Of a stretch of DNA of 64,000 bases, positions 1 through 11,076 are shown one piece after another; the first letter of the stretch is position 1; every line of letters begins with the position of its first letter. The position numbers and the translations under genes are program-made. Source of the stretch: Candidatus Yanofskybacteria bacterium (GTDB lineage: Bacteria > Patescibacteriota > Minisyncoccia > 2-02-FULL-40-12 > GWA2-44-9); NCBI GenBank assembly GCA_003514055.1, contig DOSG01000002.1:79825-143824 (forward strand), written 5' to 3'. The notes under the pieces were generated by a model, which saw nothing but the letters and a program-made list of their open reading frames with translations, did not search any database and was not told the origin of the DNA.

Positions 1-183
1 CAGTCATTGGGACTGACTTATATTCTTGTAGTTCTAGTTTCGTGATTAGAGAATATGGTGTCGGGACTTATTTGAAAGAAGGCAGGAATGAACTTACCTT
101 TACTCCGACAAGAACTGGCTCAGTTAAATTTAGCTGTGCCATGGGCATGTATACAGGCATAATTAATGTCGTAGATTAAAATC

Positions 184-2415
184 ATGGAACATACTAAAAA
201 AATATATACAATTAAGGGGATGCACTGCGCCTCTTGCGTGTTGATGATTGAGAAGTCACTAAAAAAGATTGATGGCGTTGTGGAGGCAAACGTTAATTTA
301 GCTAACGAGAAAGCTACGATTACCTTCGATCGTAATAAGGTTGATGACAACAAGATTATGTCAACAGTTTCTAGTGCTGGCTACGAAGCCATGGTTCAAG
401 AAGAGACCATGAGTGCCGATGAGCATAGGGAGCACATGGTTAAAGATCTCGGTAAGTTGAAGTGGGAAGTGGTGGTTAGTCTTGTATTGGGTGGGCTAAT
501 ATTGTGGGGCAGTTTTCCAGGATTGATGGATACGGCACCAGCGATTTTGAGGAATTTTTGGCTGCAGCTAATTATTGCCACTCCAGTTCAATTCTGGTTT
601 GGCAGGCAGTTCTATAAATCGGCAATTAGAGCTATCGCTCATGGAAATGCGAACATGGATGTTCTCGTGGTTATAGGCACGACCGTGGCGTATATCTATT
701 CCATATTCGTAATTATCTTCCCCGAATACGTCAAAGCAATTGGAGTCGAAGCAATGCCATACTTCGATGTCTCTTCGTTGATAATTGGGCTAATACTTTT
801 GGGAAGATTTCTGGAGTCGCGAGCGAAGCTGGGAACGTCGGAAGCGATCAAAAAATTACTACAACTTCAGGCCAAAAGTGCACGGGTAATTCGAGATGGG
901 ATTGAAGTTGATGTGCCCATTGAGGCTGTGGTTATCGGCGATCTGATTAGGGTTAAGCCTGGCGAGAAAATTCCCGTTGATGGAATTATTATGGAGGGCG
1001 AATCATGGGTAGATGAATCCATGATTACTGGCGAGAGTATGCCAGTAACTAAAAAGAAGAATGATTCGGTTGTTGGGGCTACCATAAACAAGAATGGAGC
1101 TTTTATCTTTCGGGCGGAGAAAATTGGATCGGAGACCATGTTAGCCAGAATTGTAAAAATGGTTCAGGAAGCTCAAGGCAGTAAGGCGCCGATTCAGCGA
1201 TTGGCCGATCAAGTTTCGTCGTATTTTGTTCCGATTGTTATTGTGCTTGCCATCGTTACCTTCGGCGTTTGGTATATTTGGGGGCCCGCGCCGACGCTAT
1301 CCTATGCTCTACTTAATGCAATTGCCGTACTTATAATTGCTTGTCCGTGTGCTATGGGTTTAGCCACGCCAACGGCAATAATGGTTGGTACGGGAAAGGG
1401 TGCCGAGAATGGGATTCTTATTAAAGATGCCGAGAGCCTGGAGATCGCCCACAAGGTTGATGCGGTAATATTCGACAAAACCGGAACGCTTACAGTCGGC
1501 AAGCCGGAAGTAACCGATGTTAAATTCGTTGAAGGTTATGACGAGAAGGCAATTTTGAGAATAGCCGCTTCACTGGAAGTTAATTCGGAGCATCCTTTGG
1601 CTGAGAGTATAGTCAACCAGGCCAAGAGGCTGAATATAGGTATTCAAGCGGTGGTAGGTTTTAGGGCGATTCCTGGACTTGGTGTCGAGGGTGTAATTGG
1701 TGACACTAAATATAGTATTGGTAGTAGGAAGCTATCCGAAAATAATGGCATAGATCTCGGGGATTTAAAGCACTCGATAGACTCGCTTGAAGATAGCGCT
1801 AAGACGGTAATGATTCTTGGATCTGAGGATGGAGTCATCGGTTTGATCGCTGTGGCAGATGTAATTAAGGACAGCGCCGTTGCCGGCGTAGAAGTTCTTA
1901 AGCAAATGGGGATCGAGGTTATTATGCTAACGGGTGATAATAAAAAAACGGCTAATGCTATCGCTGCGAAATTAAACATAGGCAGGGTATTGGCTGAGGT
2001 TTTGCCAGATGAGAAAGAGGCCGAAGTAAAAAGAGTCCAGTCGGAGAATAAGATCGTGGCTATGATAGGTGATGGTATCAACGATGCGCCGGCCCTAGCT
2101 CAAGCCGATGTCGGCATTGCTATGGGTAGCGGCACCGACGTCGCCATCGAAGCGGCCGACATAACATTAGTTAATAAAAACTTGAGATCGATCGCGTCAG
2201 CGATAAGTCTTTCTAGGCAAACCATGAAGACGATCAGGTTGAATCTGTTTTGGGCGTTTGGATATAATATTATTCTAATTCCCGTAGCCATGGGCGCACT
2301 GTACCCGTTCTTCGGTTTGTTATTGAATCCGATATTCGCTTCGGCGGCGATGGCACTTAGCTCGGTGTCGGTGGTATCGAATTCGCTTCTATTGAAACGT
2401 AAAAAAATAATTTGA
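184..2415 (+). CDS. copA: Copper-translocating P1B-type ATPase
   Basis: N-terminal HMA motif GMHCASCV; CPC metal motif ([11 protein letters not shown]); DKTGTLT phosphorylation site; GDGINDAP hinge; 743 aa. Confidence 0.9.
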   Translation: MEHTKKIYTIKGMHCASCVLMIEKSLKKIDGVVEANVNLANEKATITFDRNKVDDNKIMSTVSSAGYEAMVQEETMSADEHREHMVKDLGKLKWEVVVSLVLGGLILWGSFPGLMDTAPAILRNFWLQLIIATPVQFWFGRQFYKSAIRAIAHGNANMDVLVVIGTTVAYIYSIFVIIFPEYVKAIGVEAMPYFDVSSLIIGLILLGRFLESRAKLGTSEAIKKLLQLQAKSARVIRDGIEVDVPIEAVVIGDLIRVKPGEKIPVDGIIMEGESWVDESMITGESMPVTKKKNDSVVGATINKNGAFIFRAEKIGSETMLARIVKMVQEAQGSKAPIQRLADQVSSYFVPIVIVLAIVTFGVWYIWGPAPTLSYALLNAIAVLIIACPCAMGLATPTAIMVGTGKGAENGILIKDAESLEIAHKVDAVIFDKTGTLTVGKPEVTDVKFVEGYDEKAILRIAASLEVNSEHPLAESIVNQAKRLNIGIQAVVGFRAIPGLGVEGVIGDTKYSIGSRKLSENNGIDLGDLKHSIDSLEDSAKTVMILGSEDGVIGLIAVADVIKDSAVAGVEVLKQMGIEVIMLTGDNKKTANAIAAKLNIGRVLAEVLPDEKEAEVKRVQSENKIVAMIGDGINDAPALAQADVGIAMGSGTDVAIEAADITLVNKNLRSIASAISLSRQTMKTIRLNLFWAFGYNIILIPVAMGALYPFFGLLLNPIFASAAMALSSVSVVSNSLLLKRKKII

Positions 2416-2443
2416 TAGGCGATGCTATCGAATTGGTGAAATA

Positions 2444-2480
2444 GGTAGTAGGTTATAGCATAAGACGGGCCAACGGCCCG
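2444..2480 (+). terminator. Perfect hairpin after copA (agcataagacgggcc-aac-ggcccgtcttatgct), followed by TGcTATAAT
   Basis: inverted repeat read directly from the sequence. Confidence 0.5.
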
Positions 2481-2536
2481 TCTTATGCTATAATGCGTAC
2501 AACAATAATTGTAACTGGCGACTTATCGCTGATGGT

Positions 2537-3565
2537 ATGACCGACAAAAATAAAAGTATCATATATGCTACCGTGGGGTTTATGTTTATGGCCGTATTCT
2601 TTGTTTTGGGGTACACGCATAATGATCAGGAGATAAAAGATTTTACTAAGACTAATATTGTTAAAGAAAAGATTACTGTCGAGCCCACGCCGAGTCCTGC
2701 GAGTAAAAATGGGGCCTCTATTATTTTTGTGGGCGATGTCATGACGTCACGAACAGTGGCTCAGAAAATGAAAAAGAATGGGTATGATTATCCGTTCTCA
2801 GCCATGGCGGGATATCTAAAAAGCGCTGACATGGTTTTCGCTAATCTAGAGACGCCCATAACGTCTGGGCCAAGCGTAAGTAGTGGAGATGTCGTTTTCC
2901 GTTCTGACCCAGAGGTTGCCGGTGCCTTGGCTCGCGCTAATATCAAAATAGTTTCTTTGGCCAACAATCATTCGATGAATTTTGGTGTTCAGGGCATAGC
3001 CGATACTTTCAAATATCTTATATCGGCTGGTGTCGATTTCGTGGGTGCCGGTAATAATGAAGTGGAAGCTTATGGGCCAAAATACATAAATATAAACGGG
3101 ATCAAGTTCGCGTTCTTGGCTTTTACTGATATCGACGTACTTCCTCCAGGAGCCGCTATAGAAGTGATTCAGCCAGGCGTAGCTATAATGGATTTAGCTA
3201 AGGCCAAGAAGGCAATTCAGGTAGCTAAAGGCATTGCCGATGTGATTGTTGTCTCGATGCACTCGGGTACAGAATATACCGACGTGCCCAATCAAAGACA
3301 AACAAGTTTCGCTCGAGGCGCTGTGGATGCGGGCGCTGATTTGGTTATTGGGCATCATCCGCATTGGACTCAAACGGTAGAGGAATATAAGGGCAAATAC
3401 ATTTTCTACAGTTTAGGCAATTTTGTATTTGATCAGATGTGGTCACAGAAAACCCGTGAAGGTGAAATTGTAAAAATATATTTTTCAAAGGATGGAGTCG
3501 AAAAATACGATTTGACTAGAATCGTTATTGACGATTATTCTAGGCCAAGGATAGTCCAGCCCTAA
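2537..3565 (+). CDS. CapA/PgsA-like metallophosphoesterase (poly-gamma-glutamate capsule synthesis family), membrane-anchored
   Basis: N-terminal TM segment; GDVM.., NNHSMNFG, GHHPHW motifs typical of the CapA family. Confidence 0.55.
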   Translation: MTDKNKSIIYATVGFMFMAVFFVLGYTHNDQEIKDFTKTNIVKEKITVEPTPSPASKNGASIIFVGDVMTSRTVAQKMKKNGYDYPFSAMAGYLKSADMVFANLETPITSGPSVSSGDVVFRSDPEVAGALARANIKIVSLANNHSMNFGVQGIADTFKYLISAGVDFVGAGNNEVEAYGPKYININGIKFAFLAFTDIDVLPPGAAIEVIQPGVAIMDLAKAKKAIQVAKGIADVIVVSMHSGTEYTDVPNQRQTSFARGAVDAGADLVIGHHPHWTQTVEEYKGKYIFYSLGNFVFDQMWSQKTREGEIVKIYFSKDGVEKYDLTRIVIDDYSRPRIVQP

Positions 3566-3675
3566 CGGACATTTTCTCATCAAGGGCCCGCTTCTTGGTT
3601 CTCGGGGCGCGAGATTAGACATGAGCCGTATGGCTCATTTGTTTTTTTCGAGGAAAAAGGTATAAATAAATTGCG

Positions 3676-5517
3676 ATGCCAGACGATAATATTTCAAAAA
3701 TAAAAGAGCGGCTAGACGTAGTCGGAGTCCTTTCTGGCTATATCAAAGTTCAGAAGGCGGGTATGAATTTCAAGGCACGTTGCCCGTTTCATAATGAGAA
3801 GACGCCATCTTTCTATATATCGCCAGAGAGGCAGATTTGGCATTGTTTTGGTTGTCAAAAAGGCGGCGATATATTTGCTTTCGTAAAAGAGATCGAGGGC
3901 GTCGAATTTCCAGATGCTATGCGCATACTGGCTCAGAAAGCTGGCATACAATTACAGCACTACGAGCTAATCGATCAGAAAAAAGACGAGAAAGCCATTC
4001 TGTATGATATCGTCGAATTAGCAACTAAGTTTTTCGAGAAACAACTTAGGGCCTCTAGAACGGGCATGCAGGCACTAAAGTATTTGAAAGAAAGAGGCCT
4101 CGAAGAGGGCACCATAGATGAATTTAGATTGGGCTTTGCGGCTAACGATTGGGAGGCCTTGTCATCTTTTTTAAGAGAGAGGGGATATAAGGAGCAAGAT
4201 ATCGTGGCCGCGGGTATGGCCATCAAGAGAGAAAATAAGAGTGGCGCTTATGACCGATTTCGTTCTCGAATTATATTCCCCATATTTGATCTAAACGGGA
4301 GGGTGGTCGGCTTCACGGGCAGAGTGTTTCAAGCAGAAAGACCGTTAGAGACTAAGGGCGAAGAGCCAGCTAAATATATTAACACGCCCCAGACTTCCAT
4401 TTATGACAAAAGTATGGTATTGTACGGCTTAAGTAAGGCGAAACAGAGTATACGCCAATCAGACAAATGTCTGCTGGTCGAGGGCAATATGGATGCCCTC
4501 ATGTCGTACCAGGCCGGCGTTACTAATGTAGTCGCCACATCCGGCACAGCGCTGACACCAAATCATTTAAAAATCCTACAGCGCTATACAAGTAATTTGG
4601 ATTTCTCATTCGATACCGATCAGGCCGGAGCGATAGCAACAAGAAGGGGCATAGGCCTCGCCTTAGCCCAAAATTTCAGTGTAAAAGTAGTTTCAATAGA
4701 AGATCCTTTATGCAAGGATCCGGCTGACTTTGTCCAGAAGCATGGTTCCAAATGGGCCGAGTTAGTTTCTGCATCAAAGCCGGTCATACAGTTCTATTTC
4801 GACAATTTGAGATCGCAGATAAACCCGTCATCGGTTGACGGGAAGAAAGCCGTTATTGCGGCGCTGGCACCTTTTATAAGAAGAATTGTCAGCAAAGTTG
4901 AGAAGGACCATTGGATTAGTCACTTGGCATCCTTTTTAAAAACTAAGGAAGAGGCACTTGAGGCTGATGTCTTAGCGGCTAAAGATGATTTAGGTGTTTA
5001 TGAAGGGGGTTCGAATGTCTCGGCTGGGCCAGTCCCAACGGTGGCTGCCGTGGGGTGGGCACCTGATAATGAATTGGCTGTGGATATACTTAGCGAGGCG
5101 CTGTTATCCATCATCATAAAGAATCCATCGATTTTTAAAGATGAGCTGGTCAAGATCAATCTGGACTTAATTGATCCTCGCGTATCTGGTGTTGTGACGG
5201 TGCTATCTAAGCTAGATCTAGAGAACTTTAATTTCGCCGAGGTCGTTAAGGGTTTTGACGGTGCGGCGGCGATGAAGCTAGAGTTTGCCTTCCTGAGGTC
5301 ACAAGAACTCTGGAAAGATTTTCAAGACGAAGATCTAAGGATAGAATTCAAGTCTGTTTTGCAAAAAATAGTTCACCGTTCGATTGTCGCTCGTCTAGTC
5401 AATCTCGAATACGAGATGAAAGAAGCCGAGATGACGGGTGATAAAGATAAGATTAGTGAATTGATATCGAAGTTCACAAATCTAACCAAGGAATTGGTTG
5501 AGATAAATAACATATAA
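3676..5517 (+). CDS. dnaG: DNA primase
   Basis: Zn-ribbon [11 protein letters not shown]...CFGC; TOPRIM region ([10 protein letters not shown]); 613 aa; immediately upstream of rpoD. Confidence 0.9.
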   Translation: MPDDNISKIKERLDVVGVLSGYIKVQKAGMNFKARCPFHNEKTPSFYISPERQIWHCFGCQKGGDIFAFVKEIEGVEFPDAMRILAQKAGIQLQHYELIDQKKDEKAILYDIVELATKFFEKQLRASRTGMQALKYLKERGLEEGTIDEFRLGFAANDWEALSSFLRERGYKEQDIVAAGMAIKRENKSGAYDRFRSRIIFPIFDLNGRVVGFTGRVFQAERPLETKGEEPAKYINTPQTSIYDKSMVLYGLSKAKQSIRQSDKCLLVEGNMDALMSYQAGVTNVVATSGTALTPNHLKILQRYTSNLDFSFDTDQAGAIATRRGIGLALAQNFSVKVVSIEDPLCKDPADFVQKHGSKWAELVSASKPVIQFYFDNLRSQINPSSVDGKKAVIAALAPFIRRIVSKVEKDHWISHLASFLKTKEEALEADVLAAKDDLGVYEGGSNVSAGPVPTVAAVGWAPDNELAVDILSEALLSIIIKNPSIFKDELVKINLDLIDPRVSGVVTVLSKLDLENFNFAEVVKGFDGAAAMKLEFAFLRSQELWKDFQDEDLRIEFKSVLQKIVHRSIVARLVNLEYEMKEAEMTGDKDKISELISKFTNLTKELVEINNI

Positions 5518-5518
5518 A

Positions 5519-6712
5519 ATGGCCAAAAAAACAAAAAAGACGACTGCGAAGAAAGCGATCAAGCCCAAGAATAAAGTTAAAGCTCCAAAAACCAAGAAGA
5601 AGGTAGCTAAGAAGTCTAAAGCTCCTGGTAAGATAATTTTAAGCGAAAGCAGCGTTCTTGCTTTGATCGAAAAAGGACGCCACAGAGGCTTTGTAACTCA
5701 GGCCGAAGTCTTAAATTCTTTTCCCAATATTGAGAAGGATATTAAGGGCCTAGAGGCCTTGTATGACAAACTCGATGCGGCAAATGTTAATGTTATTGAA
5801 TCTGGCAGGGTTTTTCATGAAGAATCAGTCAAAGAGTACGATGCTAAGAAAAAAATCGAAACTGAGTTTGGCGATTCTTCGTCAGATTCGGTGCAGATGT
5901 ATTTGAAAGAGATCGGGCAATATCCACTTTTAACTAGCGAGGAAGAAATTGAATTGGCTAAAAGAATTGAGAAGGACGACGAAGCGGCTCGTCAGAAGCT
6001 GGCTCTTTCGAACTTAAGATTGGTGGTCTCGATCGCCAAGAAGTACGTGGGGCGCTCGGCTAATTTGACTCTGCTTGATTTGATTCAAGAGGGGAATATT
6101 GGGTTATTTAAGGCCGTAGAAAAGTTTGATTACAAAAAGGGATATAAATTCTCAACCTATGCTACTTGGTGGATTAGGCAAGCTATTACTCGTGCCTTAG
6201 CTGACCAAGGCAGAACTATCCGCATTCCGGTGCACATGGTTGAGACTATAAATAAATACCAACAGGTAGTACGACGCTTAGTGCAGGATCTTGGTCGTGA
6301 GCCTATGCCGGAAGAGACTGCTTCAGAGATGGGCATTGCCGTGGATAAGGTTAGGCACATCATGAAGATCTCACAGGAAACGATTTCTCTCGAAGCGCCG
6401 GTGGGCGATGATGATGATCAGGATTCAAGTCTAGAGAGTTTTATTCCAGACGAAGATACGATTTCGCCATCGATGTCCGCCGCTAGAAAAATATTAAAAT
6501 CATATATTAACGAAATCATCGCCGACTTAACTCCAAGAGAGCAGAAAATACTAGATATGAGATTTGGATTGACCGATGGCGTGACTCACACTCTCGAAGA
6601 GGTTGGTAAGGTGTTTGCCGTTACTCGCGAGCGTATTAGACAAATTGAAGCCAAGGCTTTGGATAAAATTCGACAACATCACAAGTTGGGCAAGTTAAAG
6701 GGCTACGAATAG
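5519..6712 (+). CDS. rpoD: RNA polymerase primary sigma factor (sigma-70 family) with lysine-rich N-terminal tail
   Basis: region 2.4 [13 protein letters not shown]; region 4 [23 protein letters not shown]; dnaG-rpoD synteny. Confidence 0.9.
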   Translation: MAKKTKKTTAKKAIKPKNKVKAPKTKKKVAKKSKAPGKIILSESSVLALIEKGRHRGFVTQAEVLNSFPNIEKDIKGLEALYDKLDAANVNVIESGRVFHEESVKEYDAKKKIETEFGDSSSDSVQMYLKEIGQYPLLTSEEEIELAKRIEKDDEAARQKLALSNLRLVVSIAKKYVGRSANLTLLDLIQEGNIGLFKAVEKFDYKKGYKFSTYATWWIRQAITRALADQGRTIRIPVHMVETINKYQQVVRRLVQDLGREPMPEETASEMGIAVDKVRHIMKISQETISLEAPVGDDDDQDSSLESFIPDEDTISPSMSAARKILKSYINEIIADLTPREQKILDMRFGLTDGVTHTLEEVGKVFAVTRERIRQIEAKALDKIRQHHKLGKLKGYE

Positions 6713-6725
6713 CCGAGACAACTCG

Positions 6726-6770
6726 TCTCAAATCAAATGGCGGCCTTTGGCCGCCATTTGATTTGAGACC
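6726..6770 (+). terminator. Long perfect hairpin after rpoD (tctcaaatcaaatggcggcc-tttg-ggccgccatttgatttgaga)
   Basis: 20-bp perfect inverted repeat; no T-run follows, so the terminator role is inferred. Confidence 0.4.
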
Positions 6771-6858
6771 CTTGAATGCACGGAGTTCTTCTGTTAAAAT
6801 ATCTAAGTTCTTATAGAACAATACATTCCGCGATAGCTCAATGGTAGAGCGGCTCCCT

Positions 6859-7387
6859 GTGGAGACTATTCCTTCGAAATAGCGCTATAATGTTATTAAT
6901 GAAGGATAAAAGAACCTATGCCGATCGTCGCGAGGAATTGATAAAAGCGGTCGCCAAAAGGCGACGCAAAGTCAAAAGTCTAGCGATAGAATATAAGGGT
7001 GGCAAATGCCAAGTTTGTGGATATTGTAAGTATCAAGGAGCTCTTGATATGCACCACATATCTGATAAGCAATTTGGCATCGGAGATAAAGGATATACGA
7101 GATCTTGGGAAAAGATTAAACAAGAACTTGATAAATGTATCCTTGTCTGCGCAAATTGTCATCGTGAGATAGAAGGCGGCATAACGCAGCTTTCCGATCG
7201 AAAGACGGATTGAAACTTTTCGGGATAACGGTGAAGCCCTAGTCCGCCGACTGGTGGATGGGTAATACCGTGGGAACCTCGTAAATTTTACGAGGGCGCC
7301 GTAGAGACTAGATACCGAAACGCCTAAATCGTAAGGTAAGATAGGGCGAAGATATAGTCCACCCCGTGTCGTAAGACATGGATTACG
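6859..7387 (+). mobile_element. Group I self-splicing intron (approximate boundaries) with an ORF in its 5' part
   Basis: Conserved core elements in the expected order: R-like gtagagactaga (~7296-7307), S-like aagatatagtcc (~7341-7352). P8-like hairpin cgccta...tagggcg between them. P9-like GNRA hairpin ccgtgtc-gtaa-gacatgg, then G before the 3' exon. Confidence 0.6.
6890..7213 (+). CDS. HNH homing endonuclease (intron-encoded)
   Basis: CQVCGYC...DMHHISDK...N...VCANCH pattern (CxxC...HH...N...CxxCH); 107 aa; lies entirely inside the intron. Confidence 0.75.
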   Translation: MLLMKDKRTYADRREELIKAVAKRRRKVKSLAIEYKGGKCQVCGYCKYQGALDMHHISDKQFGIGDKGYTRSWEKIKQELDKCILVCANCHREIEGGITQLSDRKTD

Positions 7388-9011
7388 TGTAAGGAGAAGG
7401 TTCCAGGTTCGAGTCCTGGTCGCGGAGCAGAGGGTTCAAACCAGCGCCCGAAAGGGCGTTTTGGTTTGGATTAGAGCCACTTTTTGGCGGTTCTAAAGTT
7501 TGTTTTTGTAGTTTTGCCTGTTCTGCCCTTTCTTTTATCCTTAATATCGGTTTTTTATAGAATTTGCCCAATATCTCGCCGTTTAAAGTAAGGTTCGAGA
7601 ATATAAGCGACATGAACTCTCTTTTTGCCGGTATGTCGTCTTTTAGTGATTCGTATATTTCTTTTGATTTTCTGGCCAATTCCATAAAAGAACTACCGAG
7701 TAAGAGGAAATGAGTATTGTTTTGTTTTAATTTTGATTTTTCATCGATAACCCTTTGTTGATCCTGGTCCCACGTTTGGATATTACGGTTGTATTGGTCT
7801 TCAGATATCTTGCCGTCTAGCTTGTCTATATAGCAACGATCCTTGCGTTGCTGAAGAATCTGGAATTGTCGATCCAGATTCTCGGTTGCATTTTCAAAGT
7901 AATTAACTTCTTCCCGATGATTGCTTTTTAGTACTTCCTGGACCAGGGCAATTTCGTCCGGATCAAGCCCTTGGTGGAACCAGTCGAATATCTCCTTGGC
8001 CTGGGCCTCTATCCGGTCCTCACGTGCGAATTTTAGGCCCCTACAACCCTTATAGCCGTTACATCGGTAATAGGTTCGCCCTTTATGTATCTCACCACAT
8101 ACGGTGCCACCACAGGCCTTACAGTAAACCAACTGCTTAAAGAGGTGGAAGTGCTTCCTGTGTTTAGGCGTTGTTTTGGAATGCATGAGGGACTGCACCT
8201 GGTCAAATAACTCTTTCGATATCAATGCCGGGTGCTTGGCCGGATAGATAACACCTTTCCAAACCATCGAACCGTAGTAAAAGGGATCAGACAAAAGTTC
8301 TGCAATCCGGCTTTTAAGTATCTTTCGGCCGGACTCATTTCTTAAACCTTCTCGATATAACAGCTCAACAAGTGATTTTAGTGAATGCTGACCGGAAGCA
8401 TACAATTCAAACATACGACGAGCATACGGCGATTTATTCTCATCAACTATGTGGATCTTCCTGCCCTTTTCTCCGATGGTCTTATAGCCGATAGGGGGCC
8501 TAGTGGGAAGCCAGCCCTCTTTCAGTTTTTGTGCCTGGCCCTTTTTAACCTCCTCGGACAGGTTGTTTGAGTAAAACCTAGCAATAGCAATTTTCATATC
8601 CCATACCAGATTCTCGTGGGCCTTGGTATTCTTATTTGCTATGAAGTTCTCTTTTACGAAGTGTACTTTTCGGTTTTCATTCTCAAAAACCCAATCGCCC
8701 GCTATAATTGCTTCTTTTTGATTTCGAGTCATCCGATCGATTTTCTCGCATAAGATGTTGCCAGTATTATGGTCAACAGCATAATCAATCATCTGCTTAA
8801 ATATCTTTCGTGTCTGTTTTCCGCTTGCTGATTCTGGTACAGAGAACTCCTTAACGATCTTAAGGTTTTTGGAAGCAGCATAAGTCCTGAGCAACTCCGA
8901 TTGCGCGGCTAGGGAATACCCTTCTTCTGCCTGTTCTTTAGTGGATACCCGGCAATATAGAATTGCACAGTCGACTCTTATTCTTTGTATTTTTTGGTTT
9001 TCGGAAGCCAT
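7383..9011 (-). CDS. Large serine recombinase / integrase
   Basis: N-terminal resolvase catalytic domain (AILYCRVSTKEQ, YSLAAQ); recombinase domain; Zn-ribbon CKACGGTVCG...YYRCNGYKGC; coiled-coil C-terminus; 3' end overlaps the tRNA 3' exon on the opposite strand. Confidence 0.85.
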   Translation of the reverse strand: MASENQKIQRIRVDCAILYCRVSTKEQAEEGYSLAAQSELLRTYAASKNLKIVKEFSVPESASGKQTRKIFKQMIDYAVDHNTGNILCEKIDRMTRNQKEAIIAGDWVFENENRKVHFVKENFIANKNTKAHENLVWDMKIAIARFYSNNLSEEVKKGQAQKLKEGWLPTRPPIGYKTIGEKGRKIHIVDENKSPYARRMFELYASGQHSLKSLVELLYREGLRNESGRKILKSRIAELLSDPFYYGSMVWKGVIYPAKHPALISKELFDQVQSLMHSKTTPKHRKHFHLFKQLVYCKACGGTVCGEIHKGRTYYRCNGYKGCRGLKFAREDRIEAQAKEIFDWFHQGLDPDEIALVQEVLKSNHREEVNYFENATENLDRQFQILQQRKDRCYIDKLDGKISEDQYNRNIQTWDQDQQRVIDEKSKLKQNNTHFLLLGSSFMELARKSKEIYESLKDDIPAKREFMSLIFSNLTLNGEILGKFYKKPILRIKERAEQAKLQKQTLEPPKSGSNPNQNALSGAGLNPLLRDQDSNLEPSPYT

Positions 9012-9109
9012 TTCATTAAATTAGGGGTTGATTACATTAACGCTTAAGTTTGGAATCAATTCAAGTCTGTCATAATGGCTAATTTAGGTGGGATAAGCCT
9101 GGAGCAACT

Positions 9110-9245
9110 TTCCTAATATCCTTTATTTAAGCCATTTTTATAATGGTTTGATTCTCGACTTTTCCCAGCGGGTGATTTTCCGAAAAGTCTGATTTATGGC
9201 TAAAAAGTTCTGACCGGCTTTCCAAATATCCTTTATTTAAGCCAT
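9110..9245. repeat. Two ~32-bp direct repeats (tttccYaatatcctttatttaagccattDtt) about 100 bp apart, just upstream of the recombinase gene
   Basis: repeats read at ~9110-9142 and ~9213-9245. Confidence 0.5.
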
Positions 9246-9350
9246 TATTCTAGTAATTAATTTTAGACTTTTTATCTAAGACATTTTTATAACTTTTTCT
9301 TACTATTCTTATTTGTGTAAGCATAACCTTACGGGGCTATGCGATTATGT

Positions 9351-9749
9351 TTATAGGGGCTGTGAATTTTTATTTACACGTCTATCAACTACGCCGGTCT
9401 TATCCACAAATACCAGTGGTCTATATACGCAGACTGATCCATTTGTTGCTCTCTGGCTTTCTAGAAACCCCTTCTTAACGATTTTCTTTATGTTATTCAA
9501 GATGGTAATCCTGCTATTTTTTGAATTTAGGCCGATATCTTTTGCGATAGTATTGTGACTTACTCTGCACTGCCCCTTATTAAAAGTTCTCATAAGTATA
9601 GTTGCGTAGACTCTCATCTCTGAGTTTGTGAGTCCGCTACCCTTTATGATTTGATTAGGGACCATTGTAAACCCAAGCTCCTCCCATTTTTTAAGGCCTA
9701 ACCTTGATATTAGTTTTTGCAGAGCTATAGTTCGTCCTATTTGTTGCAT
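9351..9749 (-). CDS. Winged-helix/HTH DNA-binding protein (Rep- or repressor-like)
   Basis: HTH-like stretch SHNTIAKDIGLNSKNSRITILNNIKKIVKKGFLE; lies next to the recombinase. Confidence 0.4.
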   Translation of the reverse strand: MQQIGRTIALQKLISRLGLKKWEELGFTMVPNQIIKGSGLTNSEMRVYATILMRTFNKGQCRVSHNTIAKDIGLNSKNSRITILNNIKKIVKKGFLESQRATNGSVCVYRPLVFVDKTGVVDRRVNKNSQPL

Positions 9750-10037
9750 GGTTTATTTGTTGCCTCTTTTTTTGCTTGATTCTTAATAAGCCAACTAAAA
9801 AGCTGACATAGTGTTCTAAGATGTTCTTCCGCTTCAAGATCGGATTCAAAATCCTTCCCATATATTTTGCGGTATAGCTCTCGCATCTTTTTAATTTGTT
9901 CTTTAGATATAATCAAAGCCGCCGGCTCATGGGGATAAACCGGCGGCTTTGGTCCCCATGAAAATAAATAACCTGATGGTTATACCACCAGGTTATTCTG
10001 TCTTAACGACGATGACTAAGTATTAAGTGAGGTACAC

Positions 10038-10802
10038 TTACTTTCGCCTTTTTTTCTCGATGGAGATGATTTTTCCGATACTGCCTGCATCTATTGAGCG
10101 CGTCAGCTTTTCGGGGAACATTTCGCAGACTAGGTTTGCGAGTTTTTTTCTCGACATGTGACGATTCCTATAGATGAAGTCGGTCATCTCGCGACTCCCT
10201 TCTCTTCTAGTCCTGACCTGGAGTAGCCTGCTTTCTTCCCCAGATCTTTCTCCAGCGATGCGTTTCCAATTCTTGCTTATAAAGTCGATCAGATCCCGCT
10301 TGGTTGCATCTTTGTGAACCCCGATTGCGATAGGATACTCATCGCCGCGATTAACCACTTCTTTTAGTAAGGCCATGGGGCTGTTCCCGTTATCTGGGTC
10401 AAACCCACCGTCGTAAGTTGATAGATCTTCAGCTAGGTTAAAAATCTCAATAACCCCATAATCAAAATCTGGTTTTAGGTGGACAAATCTCTCTATGTCA
10501 TTATAGAAAATATATACCTTAGACAGGAACACAACGGCCCAATGTTTTATTGGAAACCCTGAGATCAGGTTCTCTATATCTCGGTTCAACTCTCTGTATA
10601 AGTCCCCGGACCCAAAATTAATCGGGAATGTTTGCTGGTTTATCTCTGGTAGTTCTTTATCTGAAATTGAAATCCCACTTGGAAGAATCCCATATTTTAC
10701 CCTAAGCTCTCTAGCGGTTTTTTGGAACGAGTCAGTTCTTAAGAAATCTCTAAAGGTATTAATAACCTTTTTGTTTGATTTATTTTTCCCCATGATTATC
10801 AC
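10038..10802 (-). CDS. Hypothetical protein (254 aa)
   Basis: long ORF with no recognisable motif. Confidence 0.45.
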   Translation of the reverse strand: MIIMGKNKSNKKVINTFRDFLRTDSFQKTARELRVKYGILPSGISISDKELPEINQQTFPINFGSGDLYRELNRDIENLISGFPIKHWAVVFLSKVYIFYNDIERFVHLKPDFDYGVIEIFNLAEDLSTYDGGFDPDNGNSPMALLKEVVNRGDEYPIAIGVHKDATKRDLIDFISKNWKRIAGERSGEESRLLQVRTRREGSREMTDFIYRNRHMSRKKLANLVCEMFPEKLTRSIDAGSIGKIISIEKKRRK

Positions 10803-11076
10803 AACCGTAGCGATTTTTAGTCAATTTTTCAAGTAGAGCAAGACCTTTTAATCATTGAGTGTTTGTGGTAAATTTAGCGTAACAATTCAGCCTAAACCAA
10901 TCGGGGCAACCTGATTAGCATGGCATCAAATACCGACGAAGATACTGAACCCATCGTTCAGGCTCCTTCGTCGGTCCATACCCGAAAGGGTGTGGGAGAG
11001 TGAAAGCTCTCGGCCTAGCGGTGGGTTTAGTGTTATACAAAACCCTGAGTCCCCATTAGCCGAGGCAAAATATACC

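Larger units (their letters stand above)
6827..7427 (+). tRNA. Intron-containing tRNA gene, interrupted in the anticodon loop
   Basis: 5' exon 6827-~6858: acceptor 5' half tccgcga, D-arm gctc-aatggta-gagc, anticodon stem gctcc, loop c-t. 3' exon ~7388-7427: ggaga, variable loop aggtt, T-arm ccagg-ttcgagt-cctgg, acceptor 3' half tcgcgga (perfect complement of the 5' half), discriminator g. Anticodon depends on the exact junction: UGU (Thr) if spliced after U33, GUU (Asn) if after position 35. Confidence 0.65.

Noticed and set aside
120-2291. Minus-strand ORFs (120-353, 396-581, 867-1139, 1302-1502, 1644-2081, 2100-2291) inside copA
   Set aside because: They are antisense to a well-supported P-type ATPase gene, have no RBS, and show low-complexity composition. 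Typical spurious shadow ORFs.
6827-6863. Reading the 5' tRNA half contiguously gives anticodon loop ctGTGga, suggesting a tRNA-His truncated by an insertion
   Set aside because: The downstream 3' half pairs perfectly with the 5' acceptor stem, and canonical group I intron core elements (R, S, P8, P9-GNRA) lie between them. An intron-split tRNA is therefore more parsimonious than a disrupted tRNA-His; the nucleotide before the acceptor stem also does not pair with the discriminator to form the His-specific G-1:C73 pair.
7383-7440. The C-terminal 40 residues of the recombinase ORF (low-complexity PKSGSNPNQNALSGAGLNPLLRDQDSNLEPSPYT) as a functional domain
   Set aside because: This tail is the antisense translation of the tRNA 3' exon and intron P9 region. 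The recombinase's functional C-terminus probably ends in the coiled-coil region. The overlap is noted as a possible att-site relationship, not as a protein domain.
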